A stretch of 63,101 nucleotides of DNA, counting the filler, from Choristocarpus tenellus KU-1152 (Eukaryota; Protista; Phaeophyceae): the NCBI GenBank assembly GCA_964200185.2. It is 13 parts of 13 records of this genome, joined end to end, with 100 filler letters (N's around TTAATTAATTAA, not from the genome) between each part and the next. Parts side by side here need not be neighbours in the genome. Positions count along the whole stretch, not along the records: positions 24,540 to 27,915 come from CAXNAD020020443.1; positions 28,016 to 30,998 come from CAXNAD020023162.1; positions 31,099 to 34,563 come from CAXNAD020019849.1; positions 34,664 to 38,414 come from CAXNAD020018152.1; positions 38,515 to 42,616 come from CAXNAD020016200.1; 8 more parts are not named here. One strand, given 5' to 3'. A model generated the notes under the pieces. The model had not been told where the DNA came from, searched no databases, and was given only the letters and a program-made list of their open reading frames with translations. Positions within the stretch are counted from its first letter, which is position 1, and each line of letters opens with the position of its first letter. A program made the translations under genes and the position numbers. Below are positions 26,101 to 38,588 of the stretch, piece by piece.

Positions 26101-26280
26101 CCATTTGATGACCAACCATTGCGAATGCCCTTCGTCACTGATTGCCAGCCATCCCCCACATTTGATGACCAACCAGTGCGAATACCCTTCATCACTGATT
26201 GCCAGCCATCCCCCACATTCGATGACCAGCCAGTGCGAATGCTCTTCGTCACTGATTGCCAGCCATTCACCCCCACCTTT
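26101..26280. repeat. 57-bp tandem repeat, 3 copies
   Basis: CATTTGATGACCAACCAGTGCGAATGCCCTTCGTCACTGATTGCCAGCCATCCCCCA repeated with a 57-bp period. Confidence 0.9.
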
Positions 26281-26461
26281 CAACCCACACAAGTTACCAC
26301 TCCCCTCAACCCCACAGCAGTTCTCACACCACTCATCACCACTCCACAATCATCCAAGAACACCCCTTCATGATCCACTTTAAACCTTGCCTTTGAGCTA
26401 GAAGACATCTACCCCGCCGGAACTTGACCTCCACTCCCCTTCGGGCTTGATTTCTTCTATC

Positions 26462-27915
26462 TCATCCCCTTAGCTCCTGCCCTGGTTGGACCCAATCCTT
26501 CCTACTCTCTGCCAAGCCCTTTGAAACCGACACTGGGTCCTTCTGGTTAGCCCTTACATATATCATAAAAGCCTTCGACTTCCATCTTCCCTCCCGCTGA
26601 ATTGCTAATTCTGATACCCCCATGCTTGCCAATCTCGTGGCTCCCCCTATCCTACCCGAATGCAAGGCTTACTCTTCTGGTCTTAGCCTAAGTTCCTTTA
26701 CTGTTCTCCTCAAGACACATGTTGCTTGGCCGCTCGTGATCACTCTCCATCCCCCTTCTTGCCTACATGTCATCAGAGGGGCGTCCGGGGGGAGTTCTGG
26801 GAAACATTCCATAATAGCCATTACCACCTCCCAACCTCCCATACTTTCTTCTCCCCCTTCCTTCCCTACCTTATATCTTGTCAACACTGCTCCTTTTCTA
26901 CCCTGGTCCCGTTTTGACCCTGTGAACGTTACCTCTACTTTTTCTGCCTGGTGCCTATCTTCCCAACTTAATATTTTTACTCCCTTCCTCCATACCACGT
27001 CCCTCCTTCTTACTGCGAAATCTCCATGGACTCCTCCCCCTTCGTCATAGGCCCACAACTCTGAAGCTTTAGCTAGAAAGAAGAACGAGAAACCCAAACC
27101 TAGCCTTGTCAATTTACCTTCCCTACCTGGCATTTCAGTGCATTGCTTTGTCTCTAGAATCATTCTCCATGTTAGGGGTCTCCTCTTCCTGGGCTCACTT
27201 TCTACTTTTGTGTGGCTCCTCCCTATTCCTTTGAGTACAGATCGGATCATGAAATATTGTGTGGGGAGCTGGAGGTTGAGGAAATGTTTATGGTAGTATT
27301 GGATTGCTGCTATCTTACCCTTAACTTTGCTTACTTGATTCCCCCTACTGTCACAACAGAAACGCATGAACTCCGCTAGGGCCTTTATTACCTCTATCTC
27401 TCTATTCCCACGGTCTAACCACCTACTCAATCCCCTCTATGTACGGAACTCAGACCATTGGTCCCAAGCTGCCTCATAACACTTCTGAGTAGATGGTGCA
27501 ACCGATCCTCTGGCGTACAATGTTGCAAGGCACTCAAACACACCGTCTTCCCTCCCCGACCCAGGGGCTGCTCCTGCCAGTCAATGCGTGGGCAAACACG
27601 TTGGAGGTTAGGTTGAATTCCATCCCTCTTCCACCTCGATATACCATCTGCTAAGTCATTCTGCCTACCTGCAACATGTTCCGCTGCGAATGACCATTCC
27701 CCTGCTATCTCCAATATCCCCATTATTCTCACCAATCCCCCTGCCTTCCTATCCTTTACCCCCCCACACTTACGGAACCAATGCACTGCAGAGTAGTTCT
27801 GCCCTCTAAGCAACACTGGGTCTCCCTTCTTCCCTGCCTTCCCCTTTACCTTCATGACCAGTATCCATGCATTCATCACCATTCCTAGTAACTCTAAGAC
27901 ATTGATTGATATGCT
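26462..27915 (-). mobile_element. Tyrosine-recombinase retrotransposon (DIRS/Ngaro-type) remnant: RNase H C-terminus plus YR ORF, inactivated
   Basis: RNase H-like segment INVLEL...LLRGQNYSAVHW...HVAGRQNDLADGISR (27427-27915). Adjacent YR ORF contains FLAKASEL, SKRDQGRKG, HSGRIGGAT and IQREGRWKSKAFMIYVR, broken by a single in-frame TAA at 26669-26671. Confidence 0.85.
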
Positions 27916-29661
27916 NNNNNNNNNNNNNNNNNNNNNNNNNNNNNNNNNNNNNNNNNNNNTTAATTAATTAANNNNNNNNNNNNNNNNNNNNNNNNNNNNN
28001 NNNNNNNNNNNNNNNATATGCCTTCTCCTACCCAACACCCCCGGTGTAGTTATCCATGGGGAGCCAGGGAGAGTTGTGTTGAAGGAAATGTATTGTGCTA
28101 GGTACTAGGAGATGAGGTGGAGTCTCTGCACCTGAGCAATTTATAGTTACTCTCCGTTGTGATTTTGGCAAGGTATGCACTCAGTCTTCCTGCTCATCAC
28201 AAATTTGTAGCATTTGGATCATCAATTGCAAACATATTCATATTGTGTGAAACGAGGTCATGCTGGTGAGTTTGGTCCATATATTCTTTTCCCTCGAGTT
28301 TTTTACAATGCTCTACAAGAGTCCATCGTATTATTACACTGACAAGACGACTTGTATCCAAAAAAGGATGTGATTTTGCATGTTTGTTGTTGGGCATGAC
28401 AACTTCAGTGGAAAACGATCTGATCGCATGTCTGCTTTGAAAAAAATATATATTTCCAGAAAATTGTTGATATTCTGCTTGCTTCTCCTGTAAGTGTTTG
28501 TTGGTTGGACTTGGTGCACATATGGTGCACAGACTTTGACAGCCCTTATTTTTCTTTTCCTGCATTTTTGAGATTTGTGGGTATGCTTCTTTGTGGGTAG
28601 CATGTGATGCAGAGACCTGTATTTTCACCAAGATTCCTTGCCATAGTGGAGGTAAATATGCATTAAAAGAGTTGTTCAGCCAGGAAGGAGGGGCTGTGAG
28701 TCTATTTGCATAGAATTTACCTCTTATGTTGAATTATAGTTTATGTACGTCGTAGTGTCCAATATAGCACCACCTCTTGGTAGATATAAATGTCTGCAAG
28801 TTACAGCTGTTTCTAAGTGGTAGAAATGCTTTGTAAAGTGAGTTGTTGTGGGCCTATGCAGTAATCTTGGGTAACAGGATAGTCTCTTGTGTGAAGAGCT
28901 GCTTGCAATGGGCAAGCCTGACTTAGGTGTTTTTCTATGTGGAAGATGGGTAAATGGAAGAGATCACCCCCCCCACACAAACTTCTTCTGAAGAGGTTTC
29001 TTGGATCTCTATGGAGGAAGTATATAATACATTTAACACATATAATATAAACCAGTTTTGCACCATTTCGATTCATTCAATGCTTCTATGAACAGGAGTT
29101 CATACATACCAACACTCGTATTTGAAGTGATGTGGTCAATCCTGGAGGTAAGTCTGAGCAATAGTGTGGAATGTTTGTTTACTCATGTGGTTCAAGTTTG
29201 ACAACTATACTCTCTGCATACAAACAACCCCCCCTTCTTCACTAATGCTGCTATGCTGTAGATTCAACACCATCTGGCACTCTCAAAAATCATTCAAAAA
29301 TGGCAGCATAATAATAGCCTCTTACGCTGGAAGTGTCTATTCTGTAAGTGCTCAGGGTATGGTATGGTAACCAACTTGCAACCGGTTTCTTCCAGAATCT
29401 ACAACAAAGGAGTGCTTGTGACCAAAGCGGTCAAGATAACATTTCGAATCAACTCCAAACAACATCTAGTCTCATGATTTCAATTTCGTATTAATGGGAT
29501 GATGAATTCTGCTCACCCTGGAGATAACTGCATTGCAGATCTTTGGCCAATCCCATACACCAGTTTACAAATTATTCCTTGCAAAGACCGTGTATTGTGT
29601 ACCCTGACACTCTTTACTAGGCCTCCAACATACCACATGGTACACAACTCCTACTGACATA

Positions 29662-30645
29662 CTATCGTAGCCCTTGCTCCCGTACGACCTTGGCATAGCG
29701 TTCGAAGTCCTTGCGTTTAAGGTATTGAAGCATTTTCCGCCTCCTTGCAACCAGAACAGTGTGTGATCGCTTGGCAGCGAAGTCCTTGTGATGGTCTGTG
29801 CTCACGTGTTCTGCGAGCGCGTTGATGGTTACTGATAGAGCTGCAACTACACAAGTTCAGTCGGTGTGGGTCAGGGGTGTGCAATTGGGCGTAAGTATAA
29901 GATATGCAAATGAATAGAGTTTAAAATGTTACCGCACAGCGAGTCACGAAGGATTAGGTGAGATACGAAGGGGGGCGACTTCTCACATCTAGTGGGGTTA
30001 GACAACTATCGTTTAGGTAACTTTACGAAAAACCCGAAGAGCTTTGGGACACTCCTGTTGAGTGCTGAAGATAAGTTTTCCTATGCGTTTGTCTTAGGCG
30101 ATTTTATCACCAGTTTAGCTCACTTTGTACTTCCGGGGATCCTGTGTCTCCCACCCGCTCCTGAGCCTTCTCTATCGCTCGTTGCTTGGCGACTTTAGTC
30201 TGCTGCACCCTGTCAAAATATATGCAACACCATTTGCGGAAACGACATTATCCGGCGGGAGAGACACTGTCACGATGAAGGCCCATGTTCGGAAAATATG
30301 AAGACATGCCCATGGTTTCCCACCCATGGTTTCAAAACAGACTGAATTTCTAAATCATGGGTGGGTCTATTCTCTCAACACCATTGCAAACAAACGTGTA
30401 CACGAGCGAATAAGGGTGAGTGCAAGAGCATCACCATAGTACCTGTTGCAGTTGTCTAGAGATAGAACCCGCCTCACTCCATCGCTAAGCCGCATATCAT
30501 CCGTCACACGTATTCCGTACTTAAGTACTTCTCCACTCAATTCCCTCCGTTTTCCACACCCTACCATATTACATCGAACAGCAGTGGCTATGATACTGCC
30601 ACGGAGATATTTCTTTGTAGTGCTAAGAAGAGGTGAACACAACAT
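29662..30645 (-). CDS. rps15: Organellar (probably mitochondrial) ribosomal protein S15 (uS15), complete, 3 exons
   Basis: Exons 30645-30443, 30209-30124 and 29846-29662 are GT-AG and in phase. S15 signature GDTGSPEVQIAALSVTINALAEHVSTDHHKDFAAKR...LVARRRKMLQYLKRKDFERY. Basic/hydroxylated N-terminal extension resembles a mitochondrial presequence. Confidence 0.92.
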
Positions 30646-31098
30646 GACACTAAGCCTCCCAGTGGCCCACAGGATCTGGTCTTACTTGTCCTAAAGTCAA
30701 CAAAACCTTACTGAATGACAATCTCCTACCATTGCACCATAATTTTGTGAAACAAATAAACGCGCGCTTCCGCGCAACAGGAGTTCGAGTTTGGGAGGGT
30801 CTTACCCAACTTCAAATTTAGTACAGTACCTACCCCGATTTTGTTCACCCTTGGGCATGCCCGAAAAAAGAGGCACAGAATTGATTTGGTACAAAATCCT
30901 TTTTGTAGTAATTAATCGTGGTTAGTGTGAATCGTGTGATTCTGTGGCAGCGTGGTTCACTCAGGCAAGGGTGGCGAAGAGAATCACCGGGCAAGACANN
31001 NNNNNNNNNNNNNNNNNNNNNNNNNNNNNNNNNNNNNNNNNNTTAATTAATTAANNNNNNNNNNNNNNNNNNNNNNNNNNNNNNNNNNNNNNNNNNNN

Positions 31099-31475
31099 CA
31101 GAGAAGACTGAGGGGTGGTCGATTAGGATTGTGACGCAGCCATCTAACTCCCCCGACCTCAATATCATGGACCTGTGCTTCTTCAGGTCTTTAAAATGCC
31201 GGGTGATGGGGGAGCTGTTTGGGTACATCAAGGAGATGGTGAAGGTCATTGAGAAACAGTATGAGGAGCATGATGAAACCACACTTGAGAGGGCTTGGCA
31301 GTTCCTTCTTGTGATGTACAATCAAGTACTTAGATACAAAGGGGGTAATGACTTCAGTGTGGAGAACACAGGGGTAAGGAAGAGGCAGTTTTCTGGTGAG
31401 CTTGAAAACCCGCCGAAGGTAGACATGGAGGCTTTTTCTGTGGCGTATAAAATTGTGATGGATGGGGAGAAATAA
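31099..31475 (+). mobile_element. Tc1/mariner (IS630-like) DDE transposase C-terminal fragment
   Basis: QPSNSPDLNIMDLCFFRSLK motif; the reading frame is open from the gap to the stop at 31475. Confidence 0.8.
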
Positions 31476-31791
31476 TAACAAAAAGACCTAACCCTAACCA
31501 GATTTTCGTGAAGGATTCCAAATCTTCTTTGGAAATGAATTTCATCATCTTCAAAATTTATGAACAGCATGGAACAGGCTTATGGCACGGAGGTTGAATC
31601 ATCTAAAGGTTTAAAGGTTTAAAGGCCATGGGTTCGGATCACACTTCAAAAGGTCTTTCGTTTGAAATGTTTTTCATACAAATCCTACTGGCATGTGATT
31701 TGAAGAACTGATCCAAGAGAGCCGTTGGTTTGGAGCATACCTTAATGTTTTGTTGAAAAGGTCATTCTACCAACCTGAGGGTCTACGGTTT

Positions 31792-31958
31792 GGCTCAAAG
31801 TATCTGAGGGGGGGTGCTGGCTGTCCATTTGGGTCCCATTTTTTCATGTCGCGATTTTGGGGTCATTTGATTGTATATATCGGATGGATAATGTAAGTGC
31901 ACTTTTCCTGGTCATGGGTCAAATGGACACCTTGGTGAAGACCAAGATACTTTGAGCC
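31792..31958. mobile_element. MITE family A copy (inverted orientation), TSD TTT
   Basis: GGCTCAAAGTATCT...AGATACTTTGAGCC flanked by TTT on both sides. Confidence 0.85.
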
Positions 31959-32554
31959 TTTGAGAAAGTAGGCCAGATTGTTTCTCTATTAATGTACAGA
32001 GGCATGGATTTGGAGCACGCTTTGGAGTAAAAGTTGACTTGTACAAATCTGTTGGCCTATGGTTTGAAAAACAAATGCCCAACTGGGGGATCGAGGTAAT
32101 AGATATCTCATTCCTCATTAAATGAGACTCCTCTTTGACAACTTCGAAAAACATCGATGTAACAAACGCCTCTTAGATATTGTATCAAAGTGTATCTAGT
32201 AGTGGGAAAAGAGGAACGAAGAAATGAAGAGTACTCCTAAAACCTTTCAGCTCTCGCTATGCCAGTCATCAATTGGATGGTCATTTTCCTAGTGGGGGTG
32301 TACCCCTCGTCCAATGTGCTCCTCTCACAATTCGATTGTAAACACGTGCATGGAAAAATTCCTCGCCCATTTGATACACTTCCACTCCTAACTTCTCTTT
32401 TCCATTCACAACACAAACATTTCTTGTTTTCGGTGTAGTAAGAATTTTTTTACTCAGTATTAGACTATTTTGCCCTCTTCTTGACGTTTTGCAGACGTGT
32501 CAGGGAAAAGGTCAAACCAATATCACAAGGATCCCCGAAAATCTCTACGCGTAA

Positions 32555-32725
32555 GAGTTGTCACAAATAATGAAATTATCGCTCTAAATCGTATTATTAT
32601 TTTATTACTTGAATACTACCTATACATACTACAAACGTTGTATGGAGTTGTCACAAATAATGAAATTATCGCTCTAAATCATATTATTATTTTATTACTT
32701 GAATACCAAGTATACATACTACAAA
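32555..32725. repeat. Tandem duplication, 90-bp period
   Basis: GAGTTGTCACAAATAATGAAATTATCGCTCTAAATC...ATACATACTACAAA at 32555 and 32645. Confidence 0.9.
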
Positions 32726-32982
32726 GAGCCAAAGTATCTTAGAGGGTAGAGCCGCGTCCATTTGGGGGCCAAAAGCCAATGTTGCAATTTCATTTTGATT
32801 TTGGCTATCGTGTTTGTTAGGAAGTGTAAATATTCATGTTCCGGACACACCTTTTCATAACGTACACATTTTACCTACTCCGAAACCTTTTGGATTAGGA
32901 AAATGTCATAAAAAACCCCATGAAACCAAGGTTTAAATGGACTAACAGGGCAAAACTCGTACCCTCTAAGATACTATCACTC
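32726..32982. mobile_element. MITE family B copy, TSD AAA
   Basis: AAA|GAGCCAAAGTATCTTAGAGGG...CCCTCTAAGATACTATCACTC|AAA. Confidence 0.85.
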
Positions 32983-35568
32983 AAACACTCCCATTAAGCT
33001 TGGATATTATACTACTATGCTGTCCAACATTTTGGTGATGTGTCAAGGGAAGAAACAATTAAAATTCATAAGAAGCCTACGCAAGTGTACCACTACTTCT
33101 TCAGGGATTTGCCAGATATGTGAATAGTTTTCATTCGTTTTTCCATTAGCACATCTGGAAAATGTCAGAGAGCATAACAATACAGAAAAGTACACAGTTG
33201 TCGTAAATGTGAAAAATATCCCTCCAAAATCTATTTACCATTTTACGGGCGTACTGTATTGTCACATCGAATTCCCAACATACTGCATGAGTCATACCTT
33301 ACCACCCACAAAACTACGAGCTTATTCCAAACGCTTTTTATGCTGGTGACGAATCTGTTACAACACAGGTGACCCTGCCTAGACGTGTCATGCGTTTTAA
33401 GCTAGGGACATTCGGGAGATGGGCAAGGAGGGGCGGGGCGTGTTAGATTCTTGGGATGTTAGCTCCTCACCCTTGGGTGAAGGACTAAGCTAGGTTGAAG
33501 GCACCGGGTGGTACTAAATAGTTAAATAGAATGACTTTTTTTACATTTATGACCAATGTTACTTTTTTAGGGGTTTTTCTGACATGCGGATAGTTTTCAT
33601 AGGTTTTTTACCTGACACACCTCCAAAATGTCAGAGGGTAAAAAAATAATATGGTGACAAAACGTTCATAACAAGATTGAACGAATCCTTAGTCGTTATC
33701 GTGTGAGATTTGTCCAATAGACAACACTCCGTAACAAGAATTGAATTGAAGCTCTGATCCACGAACTCTGGAGACGTTTGCAGTCGGAGAAGTATTGTCA
33801 CCACTAGATTCCGCTTATCCCCTGCGTCATGATGCCTGTACCCTTCACTGATGAAGAACACAGGGAGGACTGCAACTACATGCGCGCAATAAATGCCCTA
33901 CATATAATCCTCAAAGGGCATGAAGAGGTTTCGGCTATCCTTCTTGGGGAGGTGGAGGTTACAGGAGGGTACGACTTGCCCAAAGGTGAGCGACTGGCAA
34001 CCGATATTTTGGGTAGGTAGTGGATTTTCGTCTCTGCTCCAAACTACCGACTCGTCAGGAAGTCCGTTTGATATTGGTTACCTATACATTCAATACTGAA
34101 GTGCCACATTACAATCCAATGTCTACGCGACTAACACACACGTGTCCTGTTTTAGTAGGGGTCGAAACATCGGACGATCTCATCACAGACCTCGACCAGA
34201 GGAGGAGTCACCCCGAGGTGAAGGAGGAAGCGCGTATGGAGTACAGAGATGTATCCTTCTCGAACAGGCAGCGCATGTTCGATAATGAAAGAAGCTCGTT
34301 ATAGTGCAGCAAATGGAATCGTCAAACCAAATCGTACGCTCACCAACTGTACTGTTGGGCCTATAGTGTGAGTACCACTGAGCTGTTGAGAGTAGTCTGT
34401 TGTCTGAACAAGGGTATTTTGTTTAAGCAATAACTGCTCCGTTCTTCGCTCTGTGGACATCTCCTGAATTTGCACATTCCGGAACTTCCTCATGGAGAGG
34501 ATGTTAAAGTATCCCCAAAATCATCAAAGAGGATAAAGGTGATAAACCCGGCGAGATTGCTTGNNNNNNNNNNNNNNNNNNNNNNNNNNNNNNNNNNNNN
34601 NNNNNNNTTAATTAATTAANNNNNNNNNNNNNNNNNNNNNNNNNNNNNNNNNNNNNNNNNNNNAGGTTGAGGGCTATTTGCGCCTGCATACAGCCGACTC
34701 ATGTCGGGTCGTGTTAGGTAGCATGCGCATACGCCCCTCACCAGATATGGTCGGAGGTTCTGGACGAGATCATGATTTTAAAGGGCACCGATACAAGTGG
34801 AAGAAGATACACCATGGAAAGTGTCTCGTGTAGTGTACATTTACAAACCCCTGAGATTGATGGATGTGCCAAGCGCAACATAGAGTTTATACTGTGGTGG
34901 AAGTCGTAATTTACGTTCGAACAGTTGAGTCAGTCGTTAAAGGTCTTACCATTTGTGAAAGAGATCCGCAGTTCAGATGCGTCCTCCTGCGTGGCTTACC
35001 TTTCGTTCACTTCTGAGGGTCAGCGATTTGGATGGAGCTGAAGACCCTGGGATATGAGATGAAATTTAAGCCATTGGAGAGCGTGGTCTCACTGTTTATC
35101 ATTAAAGCTAGGGTATGCACTTCTGTTTTCGACTAAATTTGACGCTAAGATTGTGTAAAGGGTTCACCAGAAAGGTTTCCCATCTTCGGAAACTAGCCCG
35201 GGAATAGAAGGGCATGGAGGAGGATGTCGTATAGATATGTGCGGGAGGGAGGTTCCAGGGAATGGGGTTAGGTGGAAATGGCGAGAGAACATCTACTGGG
35301 GAGAACTCTGATGAATGGCCACTCCAACCTGGACCGGTAAATAATGAATTCTCCCATCACATGTAGCTCGATATGACCGCGCGTTGATAATATAATTCGG
35401 CACTTAATACCTTCATCAAAACAACCGTGGTTGAATATATGAATTTATGCTTGTTCCCAAAACGAAATTTGACTACTGCTGGGCAGATCCAGCCCATTGA
35501 ATGACCATCTAGGGTGCTTCCTTGGTACCAACTTCGATTTTTTTTTCTTCCCCTTGCGTCTGGTGTAG

Positions 35569-35858
35569 GCGTTGTCAACAAGGGAATGCAGATGGCGGCA
35601 GCAGGCAACCCCCACACCGCTGCGATCGCGGCATCTCCCCTGGTGGCAGCCATGACCTTTGCTGCACCTGCAGCGTTTGCGGAATCATCGGATGCCCTGA
35701 CACAGCTGCCAACACAGCTGCTGTCCCTGGAGGTGCAATTTGGCGCATACCTGGCTGTACTCCTAGGCACCCTCCTTCCCGTCCTGTTCCTTGTGCTCCT
35801 GTACATCCAGAGTGAAACTCGCAAGGCTGGTCAGGCTGAGGGGAAAAACGAGAGCTGA
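35569..35858 (+). CDS. psbM: Nucleus-encoded photosystem II subunit PsbM precursor, last coding exon
   Basis: Mature-type sequence LEVQFGAYLAVLLGTLLPVLFLVLLYIQSE follows an Ala-rich lumen-targeting-like segment (AAMTFAAPAAFA). Acceptor TGTAG ends at 35568; probable 3'UTR intron 35885-36038. Signal-peptide exon not located. Confidence 0.88.
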
Positions 35859-38552
35859 GATCAATTACATAATACAGTAGAAAGGTACCTTCCTGATAGT
35901 TATTTGACGTTGGTGAAGGAGTGGGGAGGGGGGGGCGACTGCCTTCATTTTGACTTGTGGGTTGTAGAGGCGAGAGAGGGTATGTATTATTGTGCGTGCA
36001 TGCCCTGACCTAATTTTATTTTGGTGTTTTTTGTGCAGGTGTGATTAAGGATCTGGTCGGAAAGGGGGGGAAAGGAGTTTGCACCTAGGGGCTTTAGGTT
36101 AAAGGGGGAAGGATTCAAGCGTGTTCCCTGCCCCTGCTGTTACGAAAGGAGTTCTTTGCCCTGCCTGAAGAATGACCGGTTCCTTCTACCTCTCTATCAG
36201 GATAAGCCTGTTGAAGACCACTGGTGGTTAAGGGCATGGGTAGACGTTAGATTCCACCTGGCAGGTGCAGGGGTTGCAATTCTGTCAGTGCTAATGTATG
36301 CACTACTGCTGTGTGGTAGACTTAAGTTAGGGGGTGGACCTTAACTGTACCCACACCATCCAGTGTGTGAACTGGGATGGGGTAAATAATTTTCCAAATC
36401 ATTACCTCAACTTCAAAAGTCTTTTACTTCTGTTGCATAACTGCCAACATAATGTTCAATGACGATCCGGTTAAATGCAATATATAGATATTGAAATATA
36501 GTCTGGGATAGTTGCAACACCCTTGATGTAAGAAGACCTTTTTCACAGCTATTGAAAGGTGACTTCAACACTTGTAGGTGAGGTAGATTGTCTCTCTTGC
36601 ACTGTGACCTGTCATCCACTACATTTGAGGTAGGTCTTGTGCCCAAGGTATCTATTCAGGTGCAAAACTCAAATCTCAAGTCTTGACTAACTAGTCTTCC
36701 GTCTGTCGATAGAAAATTGACTCAAATCATGCTGAAGTGTTGTGATTTATTATCAGGTTGAATGTATATACCTCTGAGGAAGATGAGAACTCATGGTGGT
36801 TACCAAAAAGGAAAAAAAACGATTGTAAATATAAATGTTGCAAAACCCATGTTGATGTGTCCTGCAAGCATGATATACGTAACAATTTCGCTGGTGACTT
36901 TGATCACTCCCACAAGACTGGTCTTACTATCTTTTTTCTACTATATAATGTCCGATTCACCTCCTATATCATATTGTATGGTGCAAAACACTGGAATTCA
37001 AAATATAGGTAAGTTGGGTTGTGATGATAGGAATGCCACTTGACATAAAGAATTTAATGTACATCGTGCCATTGTAATACACAATGTAGTGATTCATATT
37101 TATCGAAAAATGAATATGAAAAAAAATATACAACATGGAACAGGGTTTAGGTTTTTCAGGTTGTTAATATTTTGTTCACCTTTACAGCACAGGAGTATGT
37201 GTATCACCATATTAATCAAGATCATCTCATCACATGGGATGACCCAGCATGAGGGTGCTGTTACTGTTGATTCTCCCTGTCTTTAGGCCTCCTTGAACCA
37301 AATCCTTACACCCTGCAAGCATTGTGAAGGGGTGAGCTCTTGCTCCAGCAGAACTGATTGGTTCCCCTTGAGAGCACATGTGTAATTCAGACAAAAACTA
37401 GACATTTTTCTGAGATACTCTACTGCTTGTAACCCAACATGGGTCCAGCATTCTGTCCAGTATAGTACACAATTGAACTACTGTATCTGTCACTAGACAT
37501 ATCAGGAGTGTTTTTCAGGTCCATACATCTTAGTCTACTACCCTTCGAAATATGGGGCATCAAAGTGGGTGATATAGTGGATTCTGCCTATGTATCTCCA
37601 TTGTTAGGGCATCAAGTTTCCTCCTAAGAGACATGTATGCACTACTCAACCCCCTTGCTGCTCTTTTGGATCAGACGAGGATGCCTCCCTCTTTCTTAGT
37701 CTTTCATTCAAAAGAAATTGGCATTAATCTTTTCCAATTCATCCAAAACAACTGATATGAGTTGTGTGAAGCTCCTCTCCTGACAAAAGACAAGACAACA
37801 ATGCCTTTGGAGAGCATACCCCCCCGCATGACCTAATTTCTGCAAACTGTATACACCTTAGGGTAGACCACCCTGCACTACCCCATGCAGCAAAAAAAAT
37901 CAAAGCAACTTCACAAAACGAGTGTTCCCCAGATCCAATGTGGGAGGGGGGAGTTCATGACCTTTGGAACGGCTGAACCCAATAAGCAAGGCATTCATGC
38001 ACTAAAGAATGCCTGTCCCGAGATGACTGGTTTGTTCAGATCGGACCCACAAAGCATGGCAACAATGATCACAACTTGAATGTTCAAAAGTGTTGGAAAG
38101 TCAACTGCACGGATAGAAGACCCCAACTCTACATGAACTAAACAAACGGCTGTCCACAAGGAGGCTCTGTGTAACTGACGTGTTGCTCAACCACACTGCA
38201 AAGTACTGAATCATTACTGAAAGGCAAAAAATTGACGCTTCCTGCAGGCGGAATTGAAGCAGGAAGGCCCCGGGTTTATGCGATTGAATGGAAAAATCAA
38301 TCCGGTTAAAACTCTTCCCCTCCAATTATCTCATGTTCCCTCTCACCCCCCAAGGCCAGGGAGCTTGGAAAAAAAAAAAAACAACGAAGAAAGAGGGCCC
38401 CCCCTCTCAGGGTCNNNNNNNNNNNNNNNNNNNNNNNNNNNNNNNNNNNNNNNNNNNNTTAATTAATTAANNNNNNNNNNNNNNNNNNNNNNNNNNNNNN
38501 NNNNNNNNNNNNNNGTGTGGGGGGGGGTGGGGGTGGTTTGTGGTTTGGTGGT

Positions 38553-38588
<36 letters not shown>

